Assembly: GCA_020353515.1 (NCBI GenBank)
Contig: CP070695.1
Coordinates: 1,399,637 to 1,463,636 of the forward strand
DNA: 64,000 nucleotides
Direction of reading: 5' to 3'
From: Candidatus Heimdallarchaeota archaeon
GTDB taxonomy: Archaea; Asgardarchaeota; Heimdallarchaeia; Hodarchaeales; Hodarchaeaceae
The notes below the pieces were generated by a model. That model did not search any database, had not been told where the DNA came from, and worked only from the letters and a program-made list of their open reading frames with translations. A program made the position numbers and the translations under genes. Of this stretch, positions 9,773-20,600 are shown piece by piece. Positions within the stretch are counted from its first letter, which is position 1. Each line of letters starts with the position of its first letter.

Positions 9773-11719
9773 ATGGTGAAGAAAGCTTTTGATTACAAGA
9801 AATTAGGGTTTAAAGCGGGGATAGAAATTCATGCTCAGCTTTCTACCAAAAAAAAATTGTTTTGTCACTGTCCAGCAAGTTTAACAAATGAAGAGGCACA
9901 GGCTGTTGTACAACGTAGGTTTCGTCCTGTTCTAGGTGAGATGGGAAAATATGATCCAGCACTACTTATTGAATTTGAAAAAGGCCATACGATCTTCTAC
10001 GAAGTCTTCGATAGTATTTGTACTTATGAATTAGATGAAACACCACCTTTTCCTATCAATACTGAAGCTCTTTATGATGGTATCAAATTAGCAAGGATGG
10101 TGAATTGTCAGATTGTTACCGAAACAAATGTATGTAGGAAAAATTATTTAGATGGATCTGTTACCTCTGGATTCCAAAGAACAGCTCTTATTGGTTATGA
10201 TGGATATATTTCGCTGAAGAAAGAATTTTCTAGCCTTGAAGGAAAGAAATTACCAATTACTTGGATCTATATTGAAGAAGATGCTGCTCGTAAAGATAAT
10301 GAGCGAAGTGGGGACAAGGAAATCTTTTTTAAGTTAGATCGGCTTGGAATACCATTAATTGAGATCGTAACCGATCATAATTTATATTCTCCAACAGAAG
10401 TGGTTTCTGCAGCAAGATCACTAGGAATGTTAATCAAATCATCAGGTTTAGCACGGAAAGGTTTGGGTACTATACGTCAAGATATTAATGTTAGTATATC
10501 AAAAGGAGATAGAGTTGAGCTAAAGGGGATTCAATTACTTAAATTGATCCCAGATGCTATTGATCTTGAAATCCAAAGGCAATTGGGATTAATATCTATT
10601 CAAGAGGAACTACAAAAACGAAACATCCATCCCAAGGATATTCCCCTTCAAATTTTGAATATTACAGAGATTTTTTTTAAAACTTCCTCAAAGATAGTTC
10701 AATCAGCCCTTAAAAGAAAAGAAGAAGTATTTCTATTCCCTATTACAGGATTCAAGGGACTGTTGGGTCGGGAATTACAACCAAATAAGCGCTTTGGAAC
10801 AGAACTCTCTGAACGCGTTAAATCATTCACTGATCTAAAAGGGATCATTCATTCTGATGAAGATTTAACCAGATATAATTTCTCTGTGAGTGAAATTCAT
10901 GAATTATCAGAATTTTGTCGTGAAGATAACTTAGCATATGTCATCGCAATTGGAAAGAAAGATAAGGCACATAAAGCTCTTAATTTTGTCCACGAAAGAA
11001 TAATTGCCGCTTTTCAAGGAGTTCATCCAGAAACCCGACATGTAGATGAAGAAGGAATTTCTACTTTTACTAGAGATTTACATGGTAGAAGTAGGTTATA
11101 TCCTGATACCGATCTCCTCCCTATTGTAGTTGACTCAGATCGAGTAAAGGAGATTGACAAGAATCTACCGCCAAATCTATGGGATAAAATACAGCAATTA
11201 AGCAAAGAATATTCTATTTCTCGTAAATTAGCTGAGAATTTGATCTATGATAATAAAGATCAAATTTTTGTAGAGTTAATGCAAAAAGGAGCTCCAATCA
11301 AAGTGGTTGTGACTACATTAACACAAACATTAACTACAATTTCAAGAGAGGGAGTTGATATAGACAATATAACAAAATTCCATTTAATAGATATATTTGA
11401 GGCATTAAAGTCGAAACAAATAGCCAAGGAAGCAATTCCTGAGATTTTAGTCCAATTAGGGACTGACCCAACTAAATCTACAGCAAAAATAATTTCAAAA
11501 TTTGGGTATCTATCTCTTAAGGAATTAGACGAATTAATTATTACTGTTCTACAACGCACCCAAAATCTAATTAAGGAGCGAAAGATGGATGCTTTCTCTC
11601 CTCTAATGGGAATAATAATGAAAGAAGTCCGAGGGAAAATTGATGGGAAAATAATTAGCGAAAGATTGCGAAAATACTTGGAGGAACAGATTTCACAAAA
11701 CGTAAGAGGAGAAAATTGA
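9773..11719 (+). CDS. gatE: Glu-tRNA(Gln) amidotransferase subunit E
   Basis: GFKAGIEIHAQL, KLFC, DGSVTSGFQRT, IEEDAAR, LDRLGIPLIEI, GLGTIRQDINVSI, RLYPDTD. Start taken at MVKKAFDY (track starts at TTG 9746). Confidence 0.95.
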   Translation: MVKKAFDYKKLGFKAGIEIHAQLSTKKKLFCHCPASLTNEEAQAVVQRRFRPVLGEMGKYDPALLIEFEKGHTIFYEVFDSICTYELDETPPFPINTEALYDGIKLARMVNCQIVTETNVCRKNYLDGSVTSGFQRTALIGYDGYISLKKEFSSLEGKKLPITWIYIEEDAARKDNERSGDKEIFFKLDRLGIPLIEIVTDHNLYSPTEVVSAARSLGMLIKSSGLARKGLGTIRQDINVSISKGDRVELKGIQLLKLIPDAIDLEIQRQLGLISIQEELQKRNIHPKDIPLQILNITEIFFKTSSKIVQSALKRKEEVFLFPITGFKGLLGRELQPNKRFGTELSERVKSFTDLKGIIHSDEDLTRYNFSVSEIHELSEFCREDNLAYVIAIGKKDKAHKALNFVHERIIAAFQGVHPETRHVDEEGISTFTRDLHGRSRLYPDTDLLPIVVDSDRVKEIDKNLPPNLWDKIQQLSKEYSISRKLAENLIYDNKDQIFVELMQKGAPIKVVVTTLTQTLTTISREGVDIDNITKFHLIDIFEALKSKQIAKEAIPEILVQLGTDPTKSTAKIISKFGYLSLKELDELIITVLQRTQNLIKERKMDAFSPLMGIIMKEVRGKIDGKIISERLRKYLEEQISQNVRGEN

Positions 11720-13069
11720 ATGCCCGACAAACAATATGCTGGATATAAAAAATCAACATTATTTTGGTTGAAAAATCATAATTTGGAAGTTTGGGACGAG
11801 ATCGAGATAATAAAAGATAATTCAGTAATAAGAGGGGTAATCCTTCCTCGGAGTGAACTAGCTGATCCAAGATTTATTAGTTTAAAGCTACCTACTGGTT
11901 ATAATATTGGATTAAATCCAGAGGAAGTTCAATCAGTCAGAAAAATTAACCATATTAGGGGTGAATATCGAATCCCTAAACCTGATATTATCCAAAGACC
12001 TAATCTACCTTTTATCCCAATTTTAGGTTGTGGAGGCACAATTGCTTCCCGTTTAGACTATCAGACGGGAGGAACCATACCCGCACTGACTCCAGAGGAG
12101 CTTTTTTCCTCGTTTCCTGAAATTGCGGATTTGGCTAGAATTGAAACCCAGCTTCTCTTTGATATTTTCTCAGAAAATGTCAATTTCACGCATTATGAGA
12201 AAATATTAAGAGCTATTGAGGCCACTATCAAAAATAAGGAACCTCAAGGGATTGTTCTTACTCACGGTACAGATACAATGGCTTATACTGCAGCCGCCCT
12301 GTCTTTTGCTATTACTAATTCTCCAGTCCCTATTGTTATAACAGGGTCACAACGATCTTCTGACCGTCCCTCGTCTGATGCATTCTTCAATCTATATCAT
12401 TCTGTATTATATGCAACATCACCACAAGCTAAGAAAGAAGTTGTAGTCATTATGCACGAAGAATCATCAGACACTTCAACTGCTATCCATAAGGGTACAC
12501 GTCTTCGTAAAATGCATAGTAGCCGAAGAGATACTTTTAAAACGATCGGAGGAAATCCAATAGGACGTATTGTGGATAGTAAAATACAATATTTTGATGA
12601 TGATAATAAATACGCAGAACAAATTGAATCGAATGAAGATAAAGAATTTATCATCAGTAAGAAGTTTGAAAAAAGGATTGGACTGATTTATCATTACCCA
12701 GGTATTCAACCTGGATTAATAGAGCATTTTATAGAAACAGGATATAAAGGACTAGTGTTTGCGGGAACAGGACTTGGTCATGTTTCAACCGAACTGGTTC
12801 CAATGATAAAAAAAGCTATTGAAAACGAAATAATTGTTGTAATGACGACACAATGTTTACATGGGTTTACAGGACTGTCCGTTTATGAAAGCGGAAGGCA
12901 GCTCCAAGCAATCGGAGTAATTCCTGTAAATATCCTTCCAGAAACAGCATATATCAAACTCTCTTCTCTTCTAGGAAATTATAAGAAAACCAATAAGATC
13001 AAAGAACTTATGAAAACCGATCTAAAGGGAGAATTTTTATACCGAGAGAAGTTTCGTGAGTTCACCTAA
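11720..13069 (+). CDS. gatD: Glu-tRNA(Gln) amidotransferase subunit D
   Basis: N-terminal GYNIG barrel, GGTIASR, HGTDTM, GSQRSSDRPSSD, KMHSSRRD asparaginase-like motifs. Confidence 0.95.
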   Translation: MPDKQYAGYKKSTLFWLKNHNLEVWDEIEIIKDNSVIRGVILPRSELADPRFISLKLPTGYNIGLNPEEVQSVRKINHIRGEYRIPKPDIIQRPNLPFIPILGCGGTIASRLDYQTGGTIPALTPEELFSSFPEIADLARIETQLLFDIFSENVNFTHYEKILRAIEATIKNKEPQGIVLTHGTDTMAYTAAALSFAITNSPVPIVITGSQRSSDRPSSDAFFNLYHSVLYATSPQAKKEVVVIMHEESSDTSTAIHKGTRLRKMHSSRRDTFKTIGGNPIGRIVDSKIQYFDDDNKYAEQIESNEDKEFIISKKFEKRIGLIYHYPGIQPGLIEHFIETGYKGLVFAGTGLGHVSTELVPMIKKAIENEIIVVMTTQCLHGFTGLSVYESGRQLQAIGVIPVNILPETAYIKLSSLLGNYKKTNKIKELMKTDLKGEFLYREKFREFT

Positions 13070-13110
13070 TTGGATTCTAAATTTTTAGGATTATCTTATC
13101 TGCTGATTAC

Positions 13111-13124
13111 GAAAAGTTTTTTAT
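13111..13124 (+). promoter_or_regulatory. Putative BRE/TATA promoter element
   Basis: GAAAAGTTTTTTAT; a similar AAAGTTT(A/T) string recurs upstream of other genes (14639, 33112, 39283). Confidence 0.35.
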
Positions 13125-13261
13125 TCAGAAAATGAAGTGGTATAATTGGAATCTTACGGTGTTTTCGTGCCAACGAGAACTTTACCAATTATCTTGTAAA
13201 AACAAGGTTCTCTTCCCTCTCCCAATCTACTTTTGGCTAAAACATAAGGAGATATTAAGAG

Positions 13262-13789
13262 TTGAACAACACCGAGTTTCGGACATCTACTTCTGTTGCC
13301 TCCGAGATATCTCGGTTGCTACGTGAAATCGAAAATCATCGTGCTGTTGCCTCGGATTTTTATGAGGAATTAAAAGCACATGTTTCCTACTTGAAGACCA
13401 CCATTGATGGATCTGAGAGTGTGGATGAAAGAAAACGTCGATTCAAAAGAATTGGTGTTCTTCTTGAAGAATTAAAAGAGCAATATTGGGATCTTGTGGA
13501 TTTATTAACAGACTTGAGTGGAATTGAAATCTTGGAAAGCAATTTACCAGCACAAGGGACTCAATTGTCTCAGGATCTTGTTAAAAGCCTTAATCAGATG
13601 GAATCAACAGTTCGGAACACATATAAGTCACTCCATTCGAACGAACTCGGTACCGTCGGCAATGATCTCCATTCGATTGCTAAAAATAAGAAATTTTCTG
13701 AACTAAATGAGGTGTTGACGGAATTAATTACTGAAATTAGTCAAAGATCAAGTCAACTTGAAGATTTACGACAAAAAAGAATATTATAA
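13262..13789 (+). CDS. Hypothetical helical/coiled-coil protein
   Basis: 175-aa ORF, TTG start preceded by AGGAG at 13247-13251; heptad-like L/I spacing. Confidence 0.6.
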   Translation: MNNTEFRTSTSVASEISRLLREIENHRAVASDFYEELKAHVSYLKTTIDGSESVDERKRRFKRIGVLLEELKEQYWDLVDLLTDLSGIEILESNLPAQGTQLSQDLVKSLNQMESTVRNTYKSLHSNELGTVGNDLHSIAKNKKFSELNEVLTELITEISQRSSQLEDLRQKRIL

Positions 13790-13856
13790 GGTATTTTTGC
13801 TTGTTACAAGCAAAAATACAGCCTTTTTTCCCTTTAAACCCTATCTCATACTTTCT

Positions 13857-14453
13857 TCATTCGATTACTGGTTCACCACATGTTGGGCAGGTAAATGCAC
13901 CTGGTGGGATACTAGTACCACATTTCTTGCAGGTCCATACTTCCTTGGTTTTTGATGCAGCCCATGCTTTTCTTGTTGGTTTGGCTTTCGCTGCTTTAGG
14001 TTTTTCTTTTGTCACATTGCCCGTGGCGTATGCAGCTATGCAACAGGCTAGAGTACATGCTGCAGTTCCTAAGATGAAAGGAGCAAGAGCGGTTGAATCT
14101 TGTAATGCGTCAATATTAAGAACAGCTAAGAACCCTGCTCCAAGAATTGTTCCAAAAAAACCTGCCACAACACCCCAGAAACCATGTTTAGCTCTAACTC
14201 CAGCAATCATACCTGAGATTATCCACGCTACCCATACCGCTATAAATGAAACTAATGTATCAGCAGAAAGGAACATTCCTTCAAACATGCTTTCGATGAT
14301 GGGATTCAGTTCTAAAGATGTTAAAGAGGCAGCATTTCTAGGATCAAAGAATAATTGAGAAATCTCTAGAGCTGATAAACCTACAGTAATCACAAGAATA
14401 GTATTGAATATAGGATTAGTTGTTTTAGTAGTACTTCTCGTAGCTGTCATCAA
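13857..14453 (-). CDS. Membrane protein (about 4 TM) with C-terminal zinc ribbon
   Basis: Four hydrophobic segments, K/A-rich linker, WTCKKCG...FTCPTCG. Confidence 0.75.
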   Translation of the reverse strand: MMTATRSTTKTTNPIFNTILVITVGLSALEISQLFFDPRNAASLTSLELNPIIESMFEGMFLSADTLVSFIAVWVAWIISGMIAGVRAKHGFWGVVAGFFGTILGAGFLAVLNIDALQDSTALAPFILGTAACTLACCIAAYATGNVTKEKPKAAKAKPTRKAWAASKTKEVWTCKKCGTSIPPGAFTCPTCGEPVIE

Positions 14454-14637
14454 AATTCATCCTTTTTATTATAATAAAAATATTTACGATTTAAGATTTT
14501 TAGTGTTAATTAATTGATTCTCTCTTTCAGAATTACATATAATTTTTATATGTCAGATGTTGCATCCCAAGAGACTCACATTTAACAAAGATTACGATCA
14601 TTAATAAATATACCTAGATTGCCTTGATACTTGATAA

Positions 14638-14650
14638 TAAAGTTTATTTT
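14638..14650 (+). promoter_or_regulatory. Putative BRE/TATA promoter for rqcH
   Basis: TAAAGTTTATTTT about 45 bp upstream of ATG, followed by AAGGAG ribosome-binding site. Confidence 0.4.
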
Positions 14651-14692
14651 AGATAATATCTCGATTTTTGAGAAAGGAGTCGAATGTAAGGC

Positions 14693-16729
14693 ATGAAAAG
14701 GATGTCTAGCTTAGATATTTATGCTATTACTAAGGAATTACAAGGATTAGTAGGATATCGTGTTGATAACATCTATCGTGACATAACAGATACATTCTAC
14801 CTTTTCAAATTCAAAGGTAAAGGCCATTTAAAGAACCCATTTCTCTTAATTGAACCGGGAATACGGATCCATTTGACCGAGATGCAACATTCAGTTTCAA
14901 AACCTCCTTCTGACAAAATTTTAGCAATGAGGCAGCATCTAAAGGGAACTGATTTACTAAGTATTCAACAAATCGATTTTGATCGTTTGGTAGTATTAAC
15001 CCTGAAAGGAAAACAAGAATATAGGATTTATATTGAAATTTTTGGTAACCGACCAAATTTCATTGTTGTAGGCGACCAAAATCGTGTAATATTAGCAACT
15101 TGGTACAGAAAAATGCGTCATCGAGATGTACTCCCAGGAAAGGAGTTTGAATTTCCACCTAGTAGAGGGAAATCAATATTAGATATATCTTACGAAGAAA
15201 TACAACAAATAATTGAAGAAAATAATTCGGAAGATGAGCAGATTGTGAGAATGTTAGCTAAGAAAACGGGAGGAGGGGGTCCCCTAATGGAGGAAATCTT
15301 AGCTAGGTCAGATATAATTAAAACAACAAAAACCCAAGAAATAAGTGACAAAGAAGTCAATCAAATCTTTAATTCCATTAAGGAAATAAAAAAGGATCTA
15401 GAAAATCCAAAACCAACATTAATTGTTGACTCAGATGATACACCGTTATCATTTCAACCTATTGAGTTTAAATCAATAACAGGAATATCTAAAAAATACA
15501 ACAACTTTTCTTCAGCAGTAGATTCTTATTATTCCAATATTACTCCAAAAAGGTCTGTTGATCTAAAACAACACGATCGGGAAAAGAAGAAACTTCTCAA
15601 AGTTTTAGATTCACAGAAGAAAGCAATTATTGATTTTGAAACTAAGAAAAAGAAGTATAAGGACTTAGGAGACAAGATTTTTCTCCATTTAAATGAGATT
15701 GAAGAACTATTAACTACAATTGTGGCTGCTAGAAGAAATAACATTTCATGGTCAGAAATTCAGATAAAATTAGTGCAAGCGAAAAACGAAGGTAGGCCTT
15801 CGGCAAGGATATTCGATAAAATCATCCCTGATCGAGGACTAATTCACTTAACACTCGAAACAGAATCGATTGAGGTAGACTTCAGAAAATCAGCAACTGA
15901 AATAGCAAATGAATATTATGAGCGGGCAAAAAAAGCAACCAGGAAAATTTTGCCCGCTAAGGAAGCCATACTTGAAACTGAGAAAAGAATTAGTGTTCTT
16001 GAAAAAGATATTTCCGAACAACAGTTTGCTGAGAGTTTTACTCTAAAAAGAAGAAAGAGAAAATGGTATGAAAAATACCACTGGACAAAAACTGTTAATG
16101 GATTTTTAATTATTGGTGGTAAGGATATCCGAAGTAACGAGGAAATAGCTAAACGTCGAATGAAAAAAGATGACCTCTTCTTTCATGCAGAGTTACGTGG
16201 GGCACCTTATACCATTTTGATTCGCGATTCTAGTAGTGAAAACGTCACAGATAGTGATATTGCCTCAGCTGGGCTCTTGGCAGCTGCTTTTTCAAGTGGT
16301 TGGAAAGCTGGATATGGTGCTGTGGATGTCTATCATGTACCTGCAGAGAGTGCCAGTTTTACCGCGCCTAGTGGTGAGTATATCCCTAAGGGTGGAATAA
16401 TGGTTCGAGGAACGCGTAATTATCTTAGAGGTGTTAAAATGGCCCTAGCAATTGGAGTTAAAATAGGGGAATCCAATGCTTTGGTAATATATGGTTCAGA
16501 AGAAGATGTTGAATCAGAGAGTCCGATTTCCATAATTATTAAACCTGGGGCGGTATCAAAAGGAAAGATCGCCAAACAGATCCAAAAAATCCTAATTGAA
16601 AAAACAGAAAATCTTGAAGATAAAGCCAAAATACGTGGCATTGATTTTAATGATTTAGTCAGAGCCATTCCACACGATTCAGTTATCACTGAAGTGAGGT
16701 ATAGTGATTTGGGTGAGAAAAGAGATTAG
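14693..16729 (+). CDS. rqcH: Ribosome rescue protein RqcH / Rqc2-NEMF (NFACT family)
   Basis: MSSLDI N-terminus, FDR, coiled coil, KWYEKYHW, GGKDIRSNE, FHAELRGAP, PSGEYIPKGGIMVRG. Confidence 0.9.
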   Translation: MKRMSSLDIYAITKELQGLVGYRVDNIYRDITDTFYLFKFKGKGHLKNPFLLIEPGIRIHLTEMQHSVSKPPSDKILAMRQHLKGTDLLSIQQIDFDRLVVLTLKGKQEYRIYIEIFGNRPNFIVVGDQNRVILATWYRKMRHRDVLPGKEFEFPPSRGKSILDISYEEIQQIIEENNSEDEQIVRMLAKKTGGGGPLMEEILARSDIIKTTKTQEISDKEVNQIFNSIKEIKKDLENPKPTLIVDSDDTPLSFQPIEFKSITGISKKYNNFSSAVDSYYSNITPKRSVDLKQHDREKKKLLKVLDSQKKAIIDFETKKKKYKDLGDKIFLHLNEIEELLTTIVAARRNNISWSEIQIKLVQAKNEGRPSARIFDKIIPDRGLIHLTLETESIEVDFRKSATEIANEYYERAKKATRKILPAKEAILETEKRISVLEKDISEQQFAESFTLKRRKRKWYEKYHWTKTVNGFLIIGGKDIRSNEEIAKRRMKKDDLFFHAELRGAPYTILIRDSSSENVTDSDIASAGLLAAAFSSGWKAGYGAVDVYHVPAESASFTAPSGEYIPKGGIMVRGTRNYLRGVKMALAIGVKIGESNALVIYGSEEDVESESPISIIIKPGAVSKGKIAKQIQKILIEKTENLEDKAKIRGIDFNDLVRAIPHDSVITEVRYSDLGEKRD

Positions 16730-16753
16730 ATTGCTTGATATTAAAGTCTCAAC

Positions 16754-17395
16754 TTAAAAAATATCTGGGTCAGAGGATTGATCTTCTTCTGGTTGAGATC
16801 CTATACATGTTGGACATAATGTATAACCATTTGCACTTTTAAGGCAATCTGAATAATTACTACAATCATCACAAAATCCTTCAAACTCAATCAATACTCT
16901 TTCATTGTCATCAACAGACTTTTGAATAGTTTCCAACAACAAACGCTCTCTATGAATTCGAAGTAATCCTGGGGCAAATTTAAGGATATCATTAGTTGAA
17001 ACGATACCTAAGGGCTGGGAATAATCATTACCTTCAACAACTAAAATTCGTTCTATATTCTCTTGTGCCATCATTAACATTGTATTCTCTAAGGTTTCAT
17101 CCGCCGAAACAAAAGAAACAGGTTTACTCATGACGTCATCTACTAGAACAATACCAGGATCTAACGCACGACCCACAACTCGTTGAATAATATCTCCCTT
17201 TGTTATGATTCCTTCTATTTGGTTGTTTTTAATAATGATTGAACCAACCTGATTTTCAACCATTAATTTGGCCGCTTCAGTTACAGGTTGATTACTTGGC
17301 ATTGATATAATCCCTTTAGTTTTCTTTGATACTTCGCCTACTGACTGTGATTTTAGCAGGTTACCTATTAAAACCTCTCTTTCGTTATCAATCAA
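16754..17395 (-). CDS. CBS-pair protein with C-terminal zinc ribbon
   Basis: EAAKLMVENQVGS, GIITKGDI, GIVSTNDI; GFCDDC...LCPTC. Confidence 0.85.
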   Translation of the reverse strand: MIDNEREVLIGNLLKSQSVGEVSKKTKGIISMPSNQPVTEAAKLMVENQVGSIIIKNNQIEGIITKGDIIQRVVGRALDPGIVLVDDVMSKPVSFVSADETLENTMLMMAQENIERILVVEGNDYSQPLGIVSTNDILKFAPGLLRIHRERLLLETIQKSVDDNERVLIEFEGFCDDCSNYSDCLKSANGYTLCPTCIGSQPEEDQSSDPDIF

Positions 17396-17639
17396 CCCTT
17401 AAATCACCTGTGGATTCAGATTTTTGTTTAGATGTATTCTTCTATTTCATGAACAAGTAGTAATCTAAGCTCTATGGTCTTAACAACTAAAAAAACCTTT
17501 GCATAAGTACTTCTTTTTTTCTAAAAGATAGATTAGAAAATCGCTTCCATTTTGCCCTATCTCAGATCTTCGATAGGTATTACTGGATTTTTGTTCTCCT
17601 TAACGAACCAATTGCGCCTTAATGAATAGAATAACTTAT

Positions 17640-20600
17640 TTAGATTAGTGTAGTAGGACGAGGCCCCTTTTCAAATAATAAACGTTTATTTAATTCAACC
17701 AATTCAACCCAAGAATGACAATACTCGGAAATATCTGAGTTGTATTGGTCTTTTAGTTGATTAACAATTTGTAAATATCTAAGAACCCATCCTTCGGATA
17801 ATGTTAATCCGATAGTCCGACGATGGCAAACGGGACAATTTGAGAGAGGAACACGTCGGAAGGTTGTATTACATGTATTACACCGTACTGGCTGTAGAAA
17901 GAAACGTGTCATAGAGGTTGTTATCTTTGGTAGGAAATCATTTACCAATATATCGTCAACAAACTCTCCTTCCTTCACCCCCCGAATACGACTGAGAACT
18001 CGTAATTCTGTCTCTATTTTAGAAACAATTTTACTTTCACGAAAGAGATTTTCGAAATTATAACGAGAAACATTGTCAATGTTGTGGGAAATTGGTAAAG
18101 GAGGCTTAAGAAATGACATTTTATAGGATAATAACTCCTCTTTTAAGGGATTTTCGATTAGATTGTTAAAAAATGAAAGATTCATTAATATTGAATCATA
18201 ACTGGCATAAACAGATGTTTCTTCCCATTCATCAGATAGATTGATGATAGCAGGCACATCCATTGTTCCTCCACGTAATGTAGGAACAAACTCCATTGAA
18301 AAATTAAGTAAGACATCTAGAAGGAGTGTTATTGAATCAATATCTCCATTACAATTTCGTGTTTTGAGTATATGCCACAAGGGATGAGCATAAATGACAT
18401 TATTTTCAGTATACCCGATAATTCTTCCAATGACTGCAACCATTGAAAATGGAGACAATCCAACGATTAAAAAGCCGGTAATGTCATTCAAAGAATTGAT
18501 TCTATAATAAGGAGGTAGTTCATATAAAAATGTTAATTCATCATCAATAAACTTAGATAAATCGACAAGAAATTCGCCCGCTGTTTTACTTACTATTACA
18601 TCAAAAGGATTGATTTCTATGAGTTGATCATCTTGTATCAAGTCATTACCAAATACATCATGAGTATAACCAAGTCTTAGGAGATCCTCGACCGAGCTAT
18701 GAACTTCACTAGGTGTGAAATAGGTAAGAGGTGCATTAGTTTGGTCAAAACGGCTCGTTCCATCTTTGTAAACAAAAAGATTGTGTTTTGCTCGTAATAT
18801 TCCTTTGATGATGTGTTCTGGTATTCGATTCTTACTGTTTAGAAAAGATACTCCCTTAATTTTTGTTAAATCATCTATTCCTGTTTTTTGAACACCAGAT
18901 TTTATTATTCCTGCAACATTAATCGGTTTAATTCTTGCAGGAAAGGCATATTGACCACACTCTCTACAGTTTCTTGTGTCAGATATATGTCCAGTCTTAC
19001 ATACAAATTGCTGTTTTGTTTCTTCTAAACATTTTGGACAAAAGGTAACGTATGTAGATTCCCCGCATGTTGTACAAAATCTTTCTGATATTTGAATATC
19101 GACATTAGCTCCCTTTTTTACCTTCAAAAGATTTCTTTGGGTGCCCCCATGAGAACCGATGGGAAAAAGAATATGCGAAGGCGGATTAATATGTCGAGGT
19201 TCTGATTTTTCGACTCTTATTATTTTTAGTCCAATTCTTCTATGACATAGTGATCTTATAGGGATTTTAGTAAGCTCTTGAACTACTTTCTCAATTCCTA
19301 CAGCTGAATCCTCTGATAAAATCTGTGTAATTTCCTCCTCTTTTCCTCTCAATGAATGGATAAAGGGCTGAAATCGTTCTGATTGAATATTACTACCGTG
19401 AATTATAAAAGGGGCACCTAACTGTCTAAGTATTACCTTTAAATCATCATCATCGGGGAGTAAGTCTTCGTTAGTGCTATCTATTTTTTGAATTAATCGT
19501 ATGAGATCACTAATAGCAATTTCATTCCAGTTAAAAGAATAAAATGGGTGGATTGGGACTTCAGTTATCCTGCTTAAGTTAAGAGCAATTTCTGGTGATG
19601 GTTGAAAACGTGTTGGCTCACTCAATAATTTCTCTAGCTCAATAGGAGAAATCCGTATAATATTTGCTAAATATTCAATCGATCTGAATTTTGAGGAAAT
19701 CATACGCTTAACTTCTTGACTCCACCATTCCTCAGTCCAAGCAGACAATTCAATAGTTTCTGTAGCTGGAATATCATCTGGAGAAAGTAAAATGTCTCCC
19801 ATTTCCCAGATCTGAGTTACATCACTTTCTACTTCAATGATTCTGGTTAAGGATTCAATCCTCTCACTAGAACCATCTTTAAATTCAACTAGAGGACCTG
19901 TTAGGGTTGAAACTGGGAAAACTGTAAGGGGTCGTTCCATGAAATCAATTTTAATGCTCGTGCCTGGAGACATCATTTCTGAAAGATACATTGTCACTGG
20001 ATGAACTCCCGCGGCACCTTGGCCCGTGTTACGTGAATAGCCATATCTTAATCTAAATCCTCCAGGTTTTCCTGATCTTGAGAGTAAAGGCTGTGTCCCA
20101 CGAACCTCGTTTCTTCCAAATTCATGTTTTTTCCTTCTTATCCCTTCAAAAGGGGGTACAAGCCATTCCCACTCAGGAATACCTGAAGCTAGACGAAGAT
20201 GAGCGATTGAGTTGATATTATCAATTATTTTATCAAAAGCAACACACATACCCATTCGCAATCTATTTGTCATATTTGGTAAATTTCGATATTTCTTAAC
20301 TTCAATTCGTTCATACGCTTCCCCAGAAATCTCAACACCGATATTTTGTACTAAAAAGTTGATTAAGTCTTTTCGTAAATCCCAAGAACGATCATTCATT
20401 TTAAAGTAAATTTCTATTTCTTCAACATATCTATTTATCAGTTCTGGGGACGGATTATACCGATTAAGATGTAAAACATGTCGTATATAATCAGCAATTA
20501 GAACTACTAGTCCAACAGTCTCTCCAGTTACATAACGTACTGTATTGGAAAAATATATGGTTAAGTGGTTTGATTTAGAACCAATTGAAATCTTTGGAAT

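Noticed and set aside
11717-11722. TGA-ATG at the gatE/gatD junction as a selenocysteine readthrough
   Set aside because: Both subunits are complete and there is no conserved Cys position at the junction.
11260-11730. 156-aa minus-strand ORF and many other 60-115 aa ORFs overlapping long genes
   Set aside because: Antisense or alternate-frame shadows of well-supported genes; no motifs.
13801-14358. 185-aa plus-strand ORF
   Set aside because: Antisense shadow of the 13857-14453 membrane/zinc-ribbon gene, which has the coherent domain structure.
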